The position numbers were made by a program, and so were the translations under genes. 64,000 bases of DNA from Wickerhamiella versatilis (lineage: Eukaryota). Below the pieces are notes generated by a model. That model was not told where the DNA came from. It worked only from the letters and a program-made list of their open reading frames with translations, and did not search any database. This document shows positions 19,725 through 28,987 of this stretch, piece by piece (position 1 is the first letter of the stretch; each line of letters starts with the position of its first letter). The stretch is taken from the NCBI GenBank assembly GCA_030867685.1, contig JAQOWU010000008.1, forward strand, positions 2,914,001-2,978,000. The letters run 5' to 3'.

Positions 19725-20765
19725 ATGGAGCCTGTCAGGCGCGTTACGACCGAAAATGATTTACAACTGTTTCAACAGAGCAGAACATATCAAGACTTGA
19801 TAGAATTTGTGGAAGAACTCAATGGTGCTGTTATTGGTGAAGAGCTTGGGTTAAAGGCGCCTATCAGCCCTGTTGTGGAGAAGCTTGTGGCGTTGGTGAA
19901 ACTTTCAGCCGAGGTAGTTAGCAAGCATCCTGCCCAGGAAAGTTCGAGTCGTTTCGGGAAGCCTGAATTCCGTGATTTTCATGCAGATTTTGTAGCACGA
20001 ACACCTGATTTACTAGCTGATATCGGTGTTCCCAAGGAATATCAGGGTGAATTGGCGACCTATCTTTCCGAGAGCTGGGGCAGTTTAAAGAGATTGGATT
20101 ATGGTAGTGGACATGAACTTAACTTTTTGTGCTTTCTGCTTTGTCTCCGAAAGCTTGGTTTGGTGTCTAAGGAAGATGATAGGAATCTTGTGTTAGGCGT
20201 ATTTGCAGAGTATTTGCATACCATGCGAGTTATTCAAAAGTCATACTGGTTGGAGCCAGCGGGATCTCATGGTGTATGGGGATTGGACGATTACCACTTC
20301 TTGCCTTTTCTATTTGGATCTGGCCAATTGGTAACCCATCCTTATCTGCGACCTATTAGTATTCATGATCGTGACTTGACGGACATGTTTGCGGGAAAAT
20401 ATTTATATTTCGAGTGCATAAAATTTATTGATTCTATTAAGACAGCATCTCTCAGGTGGCACTCGCCTATGCTGGATGATATCTCTGGCGTGAAGAAATG
20501 GGCTAAGGTGAATGAAGGAATGATCAAGATGTATAAGGCTGAAGTTCTAGGAAAGCTTCCAATTGTGCAGCATTTTCTCTTTGGTTCTCTCCTGCCCGCA
20601 GCTGATGGTATGACTACGGCCTCTGATGTGGGCGAAGAAGTACATGTACATTGTTGGGCAGATTGTTGTGGCATAAGAATACCCAGTGCTGTAGCTGCAA
20701 ATGAAGCATATCATAAAGAACAAGGCCATCGGATTCGTAGGACGAAGGGCATTGCTGTGGACTAA
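19725..20765 (+). CDS. RRD2: PP2A activator (PTPA family)
   Basis: SRFGKPEFR, RLDYGSGHEL, LEPAGSHGVWGLDDYHFLPF. The C-terminal WADCCGIRIPSA is Rrd2-like. Confidence 0.88.
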   Translation: MEPVRRVTTENDLQLFQQSRTYQDLIEFVEELNGAVIGEELGLKAPISPVVEKLVALVKLSAEVVSKHPAQESSSRFGKPEFRDFHADFVARTPDLLADIGVPKEYQGELATYLSESWGSLKRLDYGSGHELNFLCFLLCLRKLGLVSKEDDRNLVLGVFAEYLHTMRVIQKSYWLEPAGSHGVWGLDDYHFLPFLFGSGQLVTHPYLRPISIHDRDLTDMFAGKYLYFECIKFIDSIKTASLRWHSPMLDDISGVKKWAKVNEGMIKMYKAEVLGKLPIVQHFLFGSLLPAADGMTTASDVGEEVHVHCWADCCGIRIPSAVAANEAYHKEQGHRIRRTKGIAVD

Positions 20766-20958
20766 CATACATAGTAAATTAAAGTGAGTGTTCCAGATCA
20801 ACACTTCTTCTAGTGCATCATAAATGAGCTTAAAATCATGAATATTATATTTATATTGTCTTGCTAATTGTGCATTGATCTCAGAGTTCTTTAAAAAATA
20901 ACTAGCTTCTATGAAATGACTAAGAAGCACAGTCTCGAATTTTTTCGAACCGTGGTGA

Positions 20959-23199
20959 ATGTATGCAGATGAAATACTTCAAGAAATAGAAGAAAAAAAG
21001 TATCTTTGTCTTGTTTGCCACACAGAAATTGGTCCAGAAAGCCCAATTTGGACATGCAGCAATTGCTTTCGTAGCTTTGATCTACCGTGTGCCAAAGAAT
21101 GGTCTCGTAAAGACAATTCACGACCTGGGGGTTGGCGTTGTCCGCATTGCCTTAAAGGTCAAGGTAGCAGAAAGCCACAGCACCGCTGCTGGTGCTCTAA
21201 AGTTAAAGATCCTGAACCTCTATTAGGTCGTCCGCATAGTTGTGGTCAGACATGTGGAGCTAAGATTGGTTGTCCTCACCCATGTACAATGGTGTGCCAC
21301 CCGGGTCCTCATAATCCCTGTGTATCTATTGGACCACCGATAAAGTGCTGGTGTGGTAAATCACAGGTCCATACATTTTGCAGTGAGACTCCATATAAAG
21401 GATTCAGTTGTGGAAATCAGTGTGGTAACAAGAAGAAATGTGGACACACTTGCCGTAGAAAGTGCCATAAGGGAGGATGTGGTGCTTGCCATGTAAAGGT
21501 GCGGACTCGCTGTTGGTGCGGTGACAGTTCAAAGAATATTGAATGTTCGAAGCTAAGCGCAAATGGTGGCTCATTCAGCTGTGATAAAACCTGCACAGCG
21601 GTGCTTGATTGCGGAAAGTGTATATGTGGGAAGAAATGCCATCCAGAATCTTCGCACGTATGCGCTAATAAGCCCACGGAAAATGAGCGTTGCCCTTGCG
21701 GTAGACATCTTGTTAGCGAGCTTTTGGGACGAAATAGAATTTCTTGTGAAGAAGAAGTACCGACTTGTCAATCCACATGCAAACGGACTTTGAGTTGTGG
21801 TCACTATTGCCAAGCCAAATGCCATAAGGGTCCTTGTCCTCCATGCTTGACTACCCGAAGTGAACCATGTACCTGTGGGTCTACGGTTCAGCACGCAAAT
21901 TGTGGCGAGCCAGTCCCGCAGTGCCACACAAAGTGTGGTGCTTTGTTGTCATGTGGTCATCATAGATGTCATCGCGAATGTTGTCTGTTCCGTCCATCGC
22001 ATCATGGGAAGAGTAAAATCATCACAGACCTAAATGACTTGTCGTTGCAGAGATCACCAGAGGAACTTGCTTTTCATTCTTGTCCGCGAAGTTGCCATCG
22101 GCTTCTTGGATGTGGTATTCACCGATGCCGCAAGAATTGTCATGAAGGCCCTTGCGGCCCTTGTCTGCGGTCAACAAGTGAGGACTATGTATGTGCCTGT
22201 GGTAGAACAAGACTTTTGGCCCCAATAAGATGCGGAACAGAACTACCAGAGTGTCCATTTGACTGCTCGAGAAAACGGAAGTGCGGTCACCCTGCGGGCC
22301 ACCCATGCCATGATGATGGGGAATGCCCACCTTGTAAATACCCTGTCCCCAGTAAATGTGTTTGCGGGAAAAGTACTATAAAACGTGCTTGTTGTTCTAT
22401 TTCCTCTGAAGAAAATACTCCTCCACGCTGTGGCACAGTCTGTGGCAATGTCATTCCATGTGGTCACCGATGCCAAGAGGTTTGTCACAAAGGTCCTTGT
22501 CCAACGAACTGCAGTCAGGTTTGTGGACGCAAACTAGACTCTTGTGGCCATAATTGTGAGATATCGTGCCATCCAGGCAAAGAATGCCCTCCTTGCAGCA
22601 AGAAACTCATTGCCCATTGTCCTTGCCGCCGCTTAGTTTCTCCTTTTGAATGCGGTGAGAATTTGGAAATATTCTGTACTCCTGAATGTTATAATAGAGA
22701 GCCGCAATATCCCGAGGTGGTGATTTCTGCATACCGTGATTCGCCGAATTGGACGTTGGCTCTGGAGAAAGAAATTAGGCAGTTTGTTTTTAGTGGAGGA
22801 AAGACACATTGGTTTCGACCCATGCGGCGATCACGCCGGAAGATTGTGCATTATTTTATCGAATCTTTTGGCTTAGAGGGAGAAAGTATGGATGAGGGCG
22901 CTGCAAGATCAGTTTGTGCGTATCGTACACCCAACACTTGGCTTCCAAAAGTGACATTGAGGCGATCTCTTGAGTTAAGAAAGATACATGGAATTCATTT
23001 GGAAGAACACGTATCCGAAACAGAGGCACCGGAGGAGATTTCAAAGGAAGGTAAAAATAGATCTGAACCGAATTCTGAGCCCGATGCCGATGGATGGCAA
23101 GTGGCCCATGGTCCAAATTCCTCTAACTCAGTGACAGCTCCTGCTACTTCGCCAGTGCATGATACCTCGAAATATTCTTTATTGCTCTCAGAAAGTTGA
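20959..23199 (+). CDS. FAP1: NF-X1-type zinc finger protein with RING and R3H domains
   Basis: N-terminal RING (CLVC..WTCSNC..WRCPHC), many CxxxCHxGxCxxC repeats, R3H-like FRPMRRSRRKIVH. Confidence 0.88.
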   Translation: MYADEILQEIEEKKYLCLVCHTEIGPESPIWTCSNCFRSFDLPCAKEWSRKDNSRPGGWRCPHCLKGQGSRKPQHRCWCSKVKDPEPLLGRPHSCGQTCGAKIGCPHPCTMVCHPGPHNPCVSIGPPIKCWCGKSQVHTFCSETPYKGFSCGNQCGNKKKCGHTCRRKCHKGGCGACHVKVRTRCWCGDSSKNIECSKLSANGGSFSCDKTCTAVLDCGKCICGKKCHPESSHVCANKPTENERCPCGRHLVSELLGRNRISCEEEVPTCQSTCKRTLSCGHYCQAKCHKGPCPPCLTTRSEPCTCGSTVQHANCGEPVPQCHTKCGALLSCGHHRCHRECCLFRPSHHGKSKIITDLNDLSLQRSPEELAFHSCPRSCHRLLGCGIHRCRKNCHEGPCGPCLRSTSEDYVCACGRTRLLAPIRCGTELPECPFDCSRKRKCGHPAGHPCHDDGECPPCKYPVPSKCVCGKSTIKRACCSISSEENTPPRCGTVCGNVIPCGHRCQEVCHKGPCPTNCSQVCGRKLDSCGHNCEISCHPGKECPPCSKKLIAHCPCRRLVSPFECGENLEIFCTPECYNREPQYPEVVISAYRDSPNWTLALEKEIRQFVFSGGKTHWFRPMRRSRRKIVHYFIESFGLEGESMDEGAARSVCAYRTPNTWLPKVTLRRSLELRKIHGIHLEEHVSETEAPEEISKEGKNRSEPNSEPDADGWQVAHGPNSSNSVTAPATSPVHDTSKYSLLLSES

Positions 23200-23289
23200 A
23201 TATCATAGTGGCTCATAATTAAACACTAGCATATAGAATTAATGAAATAAAAGTGAGCTTGAGTGAAATTATGTACATGCACATCATCG

Positions 23290-24417
23290 TTATCTAAATT
23301 GGAAAGAATGCAGCATTTTCCGTTCATCTACATCAATGGCGAGAATTCCTCGTTGTTTGGCAACAACAAGAGATGGGGAGCACCAGGCGATACCACGGAT
23401 GTCACATGGGCCCCTATCCTCTCCTTTCTCTGGTAAATCGGCATAATCTCCGTGCCGAGGAGGAGTGTTTCCACCTGAAAAAATAGGCAAATTCATAGAT
23501 TGGCAATTATCGAGATCCCGCATGTCTAATGCCCATACACGATTGTCGTACTCACTTACGAACAGTAAATCTTCTGAAATGCCACTAAATTTACAAGTGC
23601 GCAGCTGTGCATCGGTGTTGATCAACTTCAACGGGCTTCTTCCTATCTGGCGAACATCCCAAATAGCTAGTTGTCCTTGCTCAAACGCAGCTGCAAGATA
23701 TAAACCGCTGGGGCTGAAGTCAACTCCTAAACCAACCTCGGCTTTAAAATTCCCATCAGGAACTGTCACGGCTAAAGGATGAAAATCATAACCCCCATTC
23801 AATGCATGGTAAAGATGCAGCTCCGGAGAATCGCAGACGAAAGCTGCAAGATTACCATCAGGGCTCACACTGCAATGATTAACAGAATCACCAATAGTCA
23901 ATTCTGAAAGGTCTGTCCAAATTTGACCTCTTGCTCCCGGTATTCCCAAATAGGCAGTGCCATCATTATTCCCAAGCAATGCGTGTGGTTGTTGGCCCCA
24001 ACAACACACTGAATTGTTAAGTCCAGCGCCAACTGGCCGAACTTCGAAGGGCGACGGTTGTGTATCCCTAGAGGCAACGGAAATAAAACCATCCCCGGCG
24101 GCTAGTACTAGATCCTGGTGACAAGCAAGTGCATTAATTCTCTGGTGAGGTGGCCGCGCTGGGCGAGTTATAAGGCTTGTTACACCAGTCTGAATATTGA
24201 GTTCCCGGATAGCACCAGAGGGATCAATAACGACTATAGTATGAGGCGCCCAGCTTCCAACTTGAACAGTATCACGCAATTGAAAATGACACGGTGCAGT
24301 TGCCACATCAAAGAAACGATAGCGCCGAGGGAATAACTGTTCACCGTACATGCATGCTGCTGTGTAAGCCCCCAAGACTGTCAATTTCTTAAATCTAAAA
24401 AATACTATTAGAGGCAT
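23290..24417 (-). CDS. WD40-like protein with a DUF2415-like segment
   Basis: HFQLRD, SVNHCSVSPDG, LRTCKFS..DLLFVSEYDNRVWALDMR. Start uncertain. Confidence 0.65.
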   Translation of the reverse strand: MPLIVFFRFKKLTVLGAYTAACMYGEQLFPRRYRFFDVATAPCHFQLRDTVQVGSWAPHTIVVIDPSGAIRELNIQTGVTSLITRPARPPHQRINALACHQDLVLAAGDGFISVASRDTQPSPFEVRPVGAGLNNSVCCWGQQPHALLGNNDGTAYLGIPGARGQIWTDLSELTIGDSVNHCSVSPDGNLAAFVCDSPELHLYHALNGGYDFHPLAVTVPDGNFKAEVGLGVDFSPSGLYLAAAFEQGQLAIWDVRQIGRSPLKLINTDAQLRTCKFSGISEDLLFVSEYDNRVWALDMRDLDNCQSMNLPIFSGGNTPPRHGDYADLPEKGEDRGPCDIRGIAWCSPSLVVAKQRGILAIDVDERKMLHSFQFR

Positions 24418-24685
24418 AGCTGGTGTCTATAGTCAGAAAGAAAGTAAGATTGAGGAATACTGAAGCATTTCGAAAAAATAAGGTCTATCAGCATTTTGCA
24501 GATGCTTGTTTCATTGAAGTCAGTCAAAAGCCCTTGACTAGATGCGCTTTAGTACCATTGAAATAAGTAAGACACGGTGCAATGGAAAAATCTTGTCCCA
24601 GAATATCATTTTGAAATCTATACTCGAACATAAGTACTCACTGATGTGCCTGATTGCATTGAGGTATCCAACTACACTTAACTCG

Positions 24686-25411
24686 CTAAACTTCTACTCG
24701 CTTGGCTACAAATTCCCACATAGTTTTGAGGAGGCCGTTAGGCACGGTAAAAAGATCAATGTGAAATTCACCATGCTCTGCGTCATTTTTCACATACATG
24801 TCGGGGGTTCGATTGTCGCTAACCATTTGGACAATAGATAAGATATCTTGCTCATTCATCTTTTCCAATCCATGGCTCAGCTTCTCAAGATCAACACTAC
24901 CTTTCATTGTTGTCTTCTGCTTCTTTGGCTTTGACTCTCCCGATTCAGCACCACGCTTCTCTCCCACAGCTGGGGAAGCTGCTGGAGGTTGTGGGACAGG
25001 ACCAGACTGAGCCAGAGCCTGCAGCAAGCCTGGTTTTGATGTGGGGAAATTAATAGTGATATCATTCGTATACCTTTCTTGTGCGAAGTTAAGATCATGG
25101 TTGACCGTTTGTTCTCCACCTCGCTCGGCAATAGTGAACACAATCTGCATCTCAAACTCTCCCCACCCTTCCTCTTCAATGATAAATGGTGGCTGCTGTA
25201 CTGGGCGAACAGGATTGTCAAAGGTTGGGTGAAGCTTGTAAGTTACTTTATCGAATACCGTTGCTGGCACCTCATTCCCTTCTGAGTCTAGCAAGCATAT
25301 TTGGATTGACCACTTACGCATGGGAAATCCCTCCTGAATCGGCGGACGGTCATGCAGGACATGCTGGGTCGTGATTATGCGCACCTTTCTTGAGACCTTC
25401 TCGCCGGCCAT
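24686..25411 (-). CDS. TAF14: YEATS + ET domain protein Taf14
   Basis: EGFPMRKWSI, KVTYKLHPTF, EEGWGEF, KGSVDLEKL, EFHIDL. First ATG at 25411. Confidence 0.93.
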   Translation of the reverse strand: MAGEKVSRKVRIITTQHVLHDRPPIQEGFPMRKWSIQICLLDSEGNEVPATVFDKVTYKLHPTFDNPVRPVQQPPFIIEEEGWGEFEMQIVFTIAERGGEQTVNHDLNFAQERYTNDITINFPTSKPGLLQALAQSGPVPQPPAASPAVGEKRGAESGESKPKKQKTTMKGSVDLEKLSHGLEKMNEQDILSIVQMVSDNRTPDMYVKNDAEHGEFHIDLFTVPNGLLKTMWEFVAKRVEV

Positions 25412-25512
25412 CACGCGTCGATGCTTTGTAAGCACCTCTTCTTTTTAGATGTAGGTCTGCTAAAAGATAGAGAAACGTGGTCATTCTAATTGAGGAATAA
25501 ATGGATGTAATT

Positions 25513-26676
25513 CTAGAGTTTATCACTGTCAATACCCATGTTCATATAGCCTTGAGCTTTTTTCTCTTGCATAAATCTCCACGCCTCTTCCAGCGCCTTA
25601 TCATGTATCGACCATCTCTTAAATTTAGCATTTTTCAGCTCTCCTGACCAGAGCAGCAATCCAGATAATTTTCTAATAAGCAGCTTTGTGTATTTTCGAA
25701 CCTCTTGAACCCCCCCTTCTACGGTTACAAGACACCAATCGTTATCCGTGAGGATAAGTGCTACACCGGTGAGAGCGAGCCTTTTAGCTGAAGCATCAAC
25801 CAGAAAACGGCCCTTCGAGTCAATTGCTGGAAGCCTGAAAGCAGCGCCAAACAATCCTGTCCTTCGATGTTCAAGAATTACCTGCTGTTCTTTAAGCCAT
25901 CTTTCGTCTTTCGATAATTGCCGATTCTCATTAGCCTCCTCGTGCTTGAGCCGTCGTTGATGTTCGGAATCACGAGCAATTGCCTCATAGTGTGTAGGAT
26001 CCCGGAGATACTCCACACCATAAACAGCAGCGACATTGGTGACTTTGAGCTTGGGAGGGGGCGGAGGCTCGAGCCCAAGTCTGATTCGGTCCTGACTTTC
26101 TTTCTGACGTAGAAGCCGTTTTTTCCTTCTCATTTTACGCGCCTGTTCCGAAGTAAGGGGCACTTCCAAGGCATCATCCGTCTTAAGAAGTTCGTAAGGA
26201 GGTTCGATTTCTACAGGATGGCACACTCTATTGATGGTGGAATTCGTTTCAACGTCCCACCATTCTCTATCAGGTGGCTCCTCCGGCAACAAGGACTTCT
26301 CCCAAGGCTTAAGCGAATCCAATGCTCTTTTGTCTTTAGCCTGCTGCTGGTACCAACCCGGATTTCGAAAATTAAGAGTTGGAGGTACAATGGGCTTGGA
26401 CGGAACATCAGAAATGTAAGGATTCTTGGCATTCTTTCCGATAATTCTGCTGCTCTCTGCGATTTCTGCAGCTTCTCTTTTACGTTTACGTATTTTGGTG
26501 AGAAGATCTGTGGCTGACACCTTGGATCTAGGTGTAGCTGTGGTGTGAGCTGAATTCTCCGCATGATTCACTTCTTCCGGACTATCTTTTACCTCCACAT
26601 GCTCTGGCTCGCTTAATTCGGCCTTACGCTTGCGAATTTTCTCCAAAAGCGCCGCCGCATTTGGCTTCGCAGACAT
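25513..26676 (-). CDS. PRP3: U4/U6 snRNP protein Prp3
   Basis: NPY, PPDREWWD, HPVEIEPP, QDRIRLGLEPPPPPKLK, HEEANENRQL, LTGV..VEGG..KYTKL, LLWSG. Confidence 0.88.
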   Translation of the reverse strand: MSAKPNAAALLEKIRKRKAELSEPEHVEVKDSPEEVNHAENSAHTTATPRSKVSATDLLTKIRKRKREAAEIAESSRIIGKNAKNPYISDVPSKPIVPPTLNFRNPGWYQQQAKDKRALDSLKPWEKSLLPEEPPDREWWDVETNSTINRVCHPVEIEPPYELLKTDDALEVPLTSEQARKMRRKKRLLRQKESQDRIRLGLEPPPPPKLKVTNVAAVYGVEYLRDPTHYEAIARDSEHQRRLKHEEANENRQLSKDERWLKEQQVILEHRRTGLFGAAFRLPAIDSKGRFLVDASAKRLALTGVALILTDNDWCLVTVEGGVQEVRKYTKLLIRKLSGLLLWSGELKNAKFKRWSIHDKALEEAWRFMQEKKAQGYMNMGIDSDKL

Positions 26677-26697
26677 CCATTACTTAAGTGGATAGGA

Positions 26698-27411
26698 ATG
26701 TTAAGCGAAAACTGGGAAAGGTTGCAGCGTCGACAAGAACACCTTACGCCTAATGAGAAAAAAAAGCGTAGAAAAGTCACTACACATGTATCAACGAGTT
26801 TACTCTTCGATGAGTTTCGCAAAAGACCCAACAAATCACTAGAGGTTACCCTACTTCAGCCGGATGCCCAGCTGCTCACAAGTCAAGCGAAGATAGAACG
26901 CCAAGCAAGCCCTGGTAAATTCCTGGCTATGGATTGTGAAAGTGTAGGCACAGGACCCAAAGGTAGGGTCTCGCAATTAGGGAGAGTTTCTATTGTCGAT
27001 TATTACGGCTGTATCATCCTAGATTTATATGTCAAACCTCGTGCGTTCGTAACTGACTGGAGAACACCCTACAGTGGGCTGTCCCCCTCAATGCTACGAA
27101 ATGCGATACCCTTTCATGAAGCTAGAAGTAAAGTTCAAAATTTACTTGCTAACCATAAAATAATTGGGCATGCAATAGCTAATGATTTTCGTGCGATGGA
27201 GTTACCGTTTATGTCAGACTCTATAGATACACAACGTCTAAAGCGCTGGAGCGAATCTCCTGACATTCGCAAACGACCTGGTTTACGCAAACTAATGATC
27301 CAACTACTTGGTATAGACATACAGAAGACTACACATGATTCAGTTGAGGACGCACGGGCCTCAATGCTAATATTTCGCCTCTTCAAGACCGACTTTTTAC
27401 ATCCCAAGTGA
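26698..27411 (+). CDS. REX4: DEDDh RNA exonuclease Rex4-like
   Basis: MLSENW, AMDCESVGTGP, RVSIVDYYG, VTDWRT, GHAIANDF, HDSVEDARASM. Confidence 0.85.
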   Translation: MLSENWERLQRRQEHLTPNEKKKRRKVTTHVSTSLLFDEFRKRPNKSLEVTLLQPDAQLLTSQAKIERQASPGKFLAMDCESVGTGPKGRVSQLGRVSIVDYYGCIILDLYVKPRAFVTDWRTPYSGLSPSMLRNAIPFHEARSKVQNLLANHKIIGHAIANDFRAMELPFMSDSIDTQRLKRWSESPDIRKRPGLRKLMIQLLGIDIQKTTHDSVEDARASMLIFRLFKTDFLHPK

Positions 27412-27435
27412 TGTATTTTGTCGGATGACATCAGC

Positions 27436-28677
27436 ATGAGCGAGCAGAGCTTGACTGGAAGTCTGGTCTTTGTGAAGCGCGGTGATGAGGAGCTCAAGGC
27501 AGAACTCTTGCTAGAACGTTTGAGAAAAGGGAGGCTTGAATTCTACGTCCACTATGAGGGGTTCAACAAACGTTTAGATGAGTGGGTTGATGATAGTCGA
27601 CTTGTCTTGTCGCGTGGCGTTGAATGGCCCCCAAAGAAGGACGAAAAGTCAGAGAAAAAAGGGCATAAAGAAGAAACTCCCGACAGTAATATGATCACTC
27701 TTGTGGAAGATTCTGGCCCCGATCCATCAAAGCGAGCGTCACTCGAGGGCTTCGATCCGCAGAAAGAAATCGAGAAACTGAGGACGTCAGGTTCGATGAC
27801 GCAGAATAATTCTGAGGTTAGCAGAGTGAGAAATATTTCGAAAGTTATATTTGGCGAGTTCGAAATTGAACCATGGTATTTCAGCCCATATCCCCAGGAA
27901 ATGACAGAGGAGGATGTTGTATATATATGTGAATATTCTTTACAATATTTTGGTTCGTTGCGTCAGTTTGAGAGATTTCGCCAAAAGTATCGGATGCGGC
28001 ACCCACCTGGTAATGAAATTTACCGCGACGATAAGTTCAGCTTTTTCGAGATTGACGGACGGCTACAACGTACCTGGTGTAGGAACCTATGCCTTCTGTC
28101 AAAACTGTTTCTCGACCATAAGACTTTGTACTATGATGTCGATCCGTTTCTTTTCTATTGTATGACTCGGAGAGATGAGTACGGTCACCATTTAGTGGGG
28201 TATTTTTCTAAAGAGAAGGAAAGTGCCGAAGGATATAATGTGGCTTGTATTCTTTCCTTACCACCATATCAACGTGAAGGGTACGGAAAAGTGCTTATAG
28301 ACTTTTCTTATAATTTATCCAAACGTGAAGGAAAGGTGGGATCACCTGAAAAACCGCTTTCCGATCTAGGGCTGATTTCTTATCGGTCCTATTGGAGTGA
28401 TATCATCTGCTCGTACCTCATAAATACTTCTGGTCACGATGTCACCATAGATGAGATTAGTAGCGCTACTGCATTGACGACAGCAGATATTATGCACACA
28501 TTGCATGCGATGGGAATGCTGAAGTACCATTCTGGACAGCATATCGTATATGTCACGAATGCGGCGAACGACAGGGTTGAGCGTCTGGCCCAGCGTAAAC
28601 CCCACCGAATTGACCCTTCAAAACTGAGGTGGAAGCCTCCTGTATTTACGGCAGCGCAGCTTAGATTTGCCTGGTAG
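27436..28677 (+). CDS. ESA1: MYST histone acetyltransferase Esa1
   Basis: Tudor-knot FYVHYEGFNKRLDEWV, IEPWYFSPYP, HPPGNEIYRD, LFLDHKTLYYDVDPF, GSPEKPLSDLG, C-terminal QLRFAW. Confidence 0.96.
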   Translation: MSEQSLTGSLVFVKRGDEELKAELLLERLRKGRLEFYVHYEGFNKRLDEWVDDSRLVLSRGVEWPPKKDEKSEKKGHKEETPDSNMITLVEDSGPDPSKRASLEGFDPQKEIEKLRTSGSMTQNNSEVSRVRNISKVIFGEFEIEPWYFSPYPQEMTEEDVVYICEYSLQYFGSLRQFERFRQKYRMRHPPGNEIYRDDKFSFFEIDGRLQRTWCRNLCLLSKLFLDHKTLYYDVDPFLFYCMTRRDEYGHHLVGYFSKEKESAEGYNVACILSLPPYQREGYGKVLIDFSYNLSKREGKVGSPEKPLSDLGLISYRSYWSDIICSYLINTSGHDVTIDEISSATALTTADIMHTLHAMGMLKYHSGQHIVYVTNAANDRVERLAQRKPHRIDPSKLRWKPPVFTAAQLRFAW

Positions 28678-28730
28678 ATTGCGGGTATGCTTATTTATTT
28701 TTTTCTATCATTTAATTATACGTAACCGTG

Positions 28731-28741
28731 AGATTCGAACG
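28731..28741 (-). promoter_or_regulatory. Extragenic Pol III B box for U6
   Basis: Minus strand CGTTCGAATCT (consensus GGTTCGANYCC), about 45 bp downstream of the U6 T-run. Confidence 0.65.
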
Positions 28742-28786
28742 TAATTAGAAGGTTGGTAAGAGAACGTGAGAAAACACAAACCAAAA

Positions 28787-28894
28787 AAAAATCACAAATA
28801 CAATCTCTTTGCATAACATGTCATCCTTATGCAGGGGCCATGCTAATCTTCTCTGTATCGTTTCAATTTGACCAAATGCTCTCGAAAGAGCATC
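28787..28894 (-). ncRNA. SNR6: U6 spliceosomal snRNA
   Basis: Minus strand: 5' hairpin AUGCUCU-UUCG-AGAGCAU, A box UGGUCAAAUUG, ACAGAGA box, AUUAGCAUGGCCCCUGCAUAAGGAUGA internal stem-loop, T9 terminator at 28783-28791. Ends approximate. Confidence 0.97.
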
Positions 28895-28987
28895 TAAGAA
28901 GTTGGGAAAATTTGTTAAGCTACCTTTATGTAATATATTTTCTAACCAAAGTCAACCACTACTTAAAAACGCTAAATATTTTTTTAT

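Noticed and set aside
20940..20951. B-box-like GGTTCGAA on the minus strand before FAP1
   Set aside because: Incomplete consensus, with no tRNA cloverleaf or A box nearby.
17772..28894. PRP46, PRP3 and U6 within 11 kb as a splicing cluster
   Set aside because: Interleaved with unrelated genes. Compatible with chance at this gene density.
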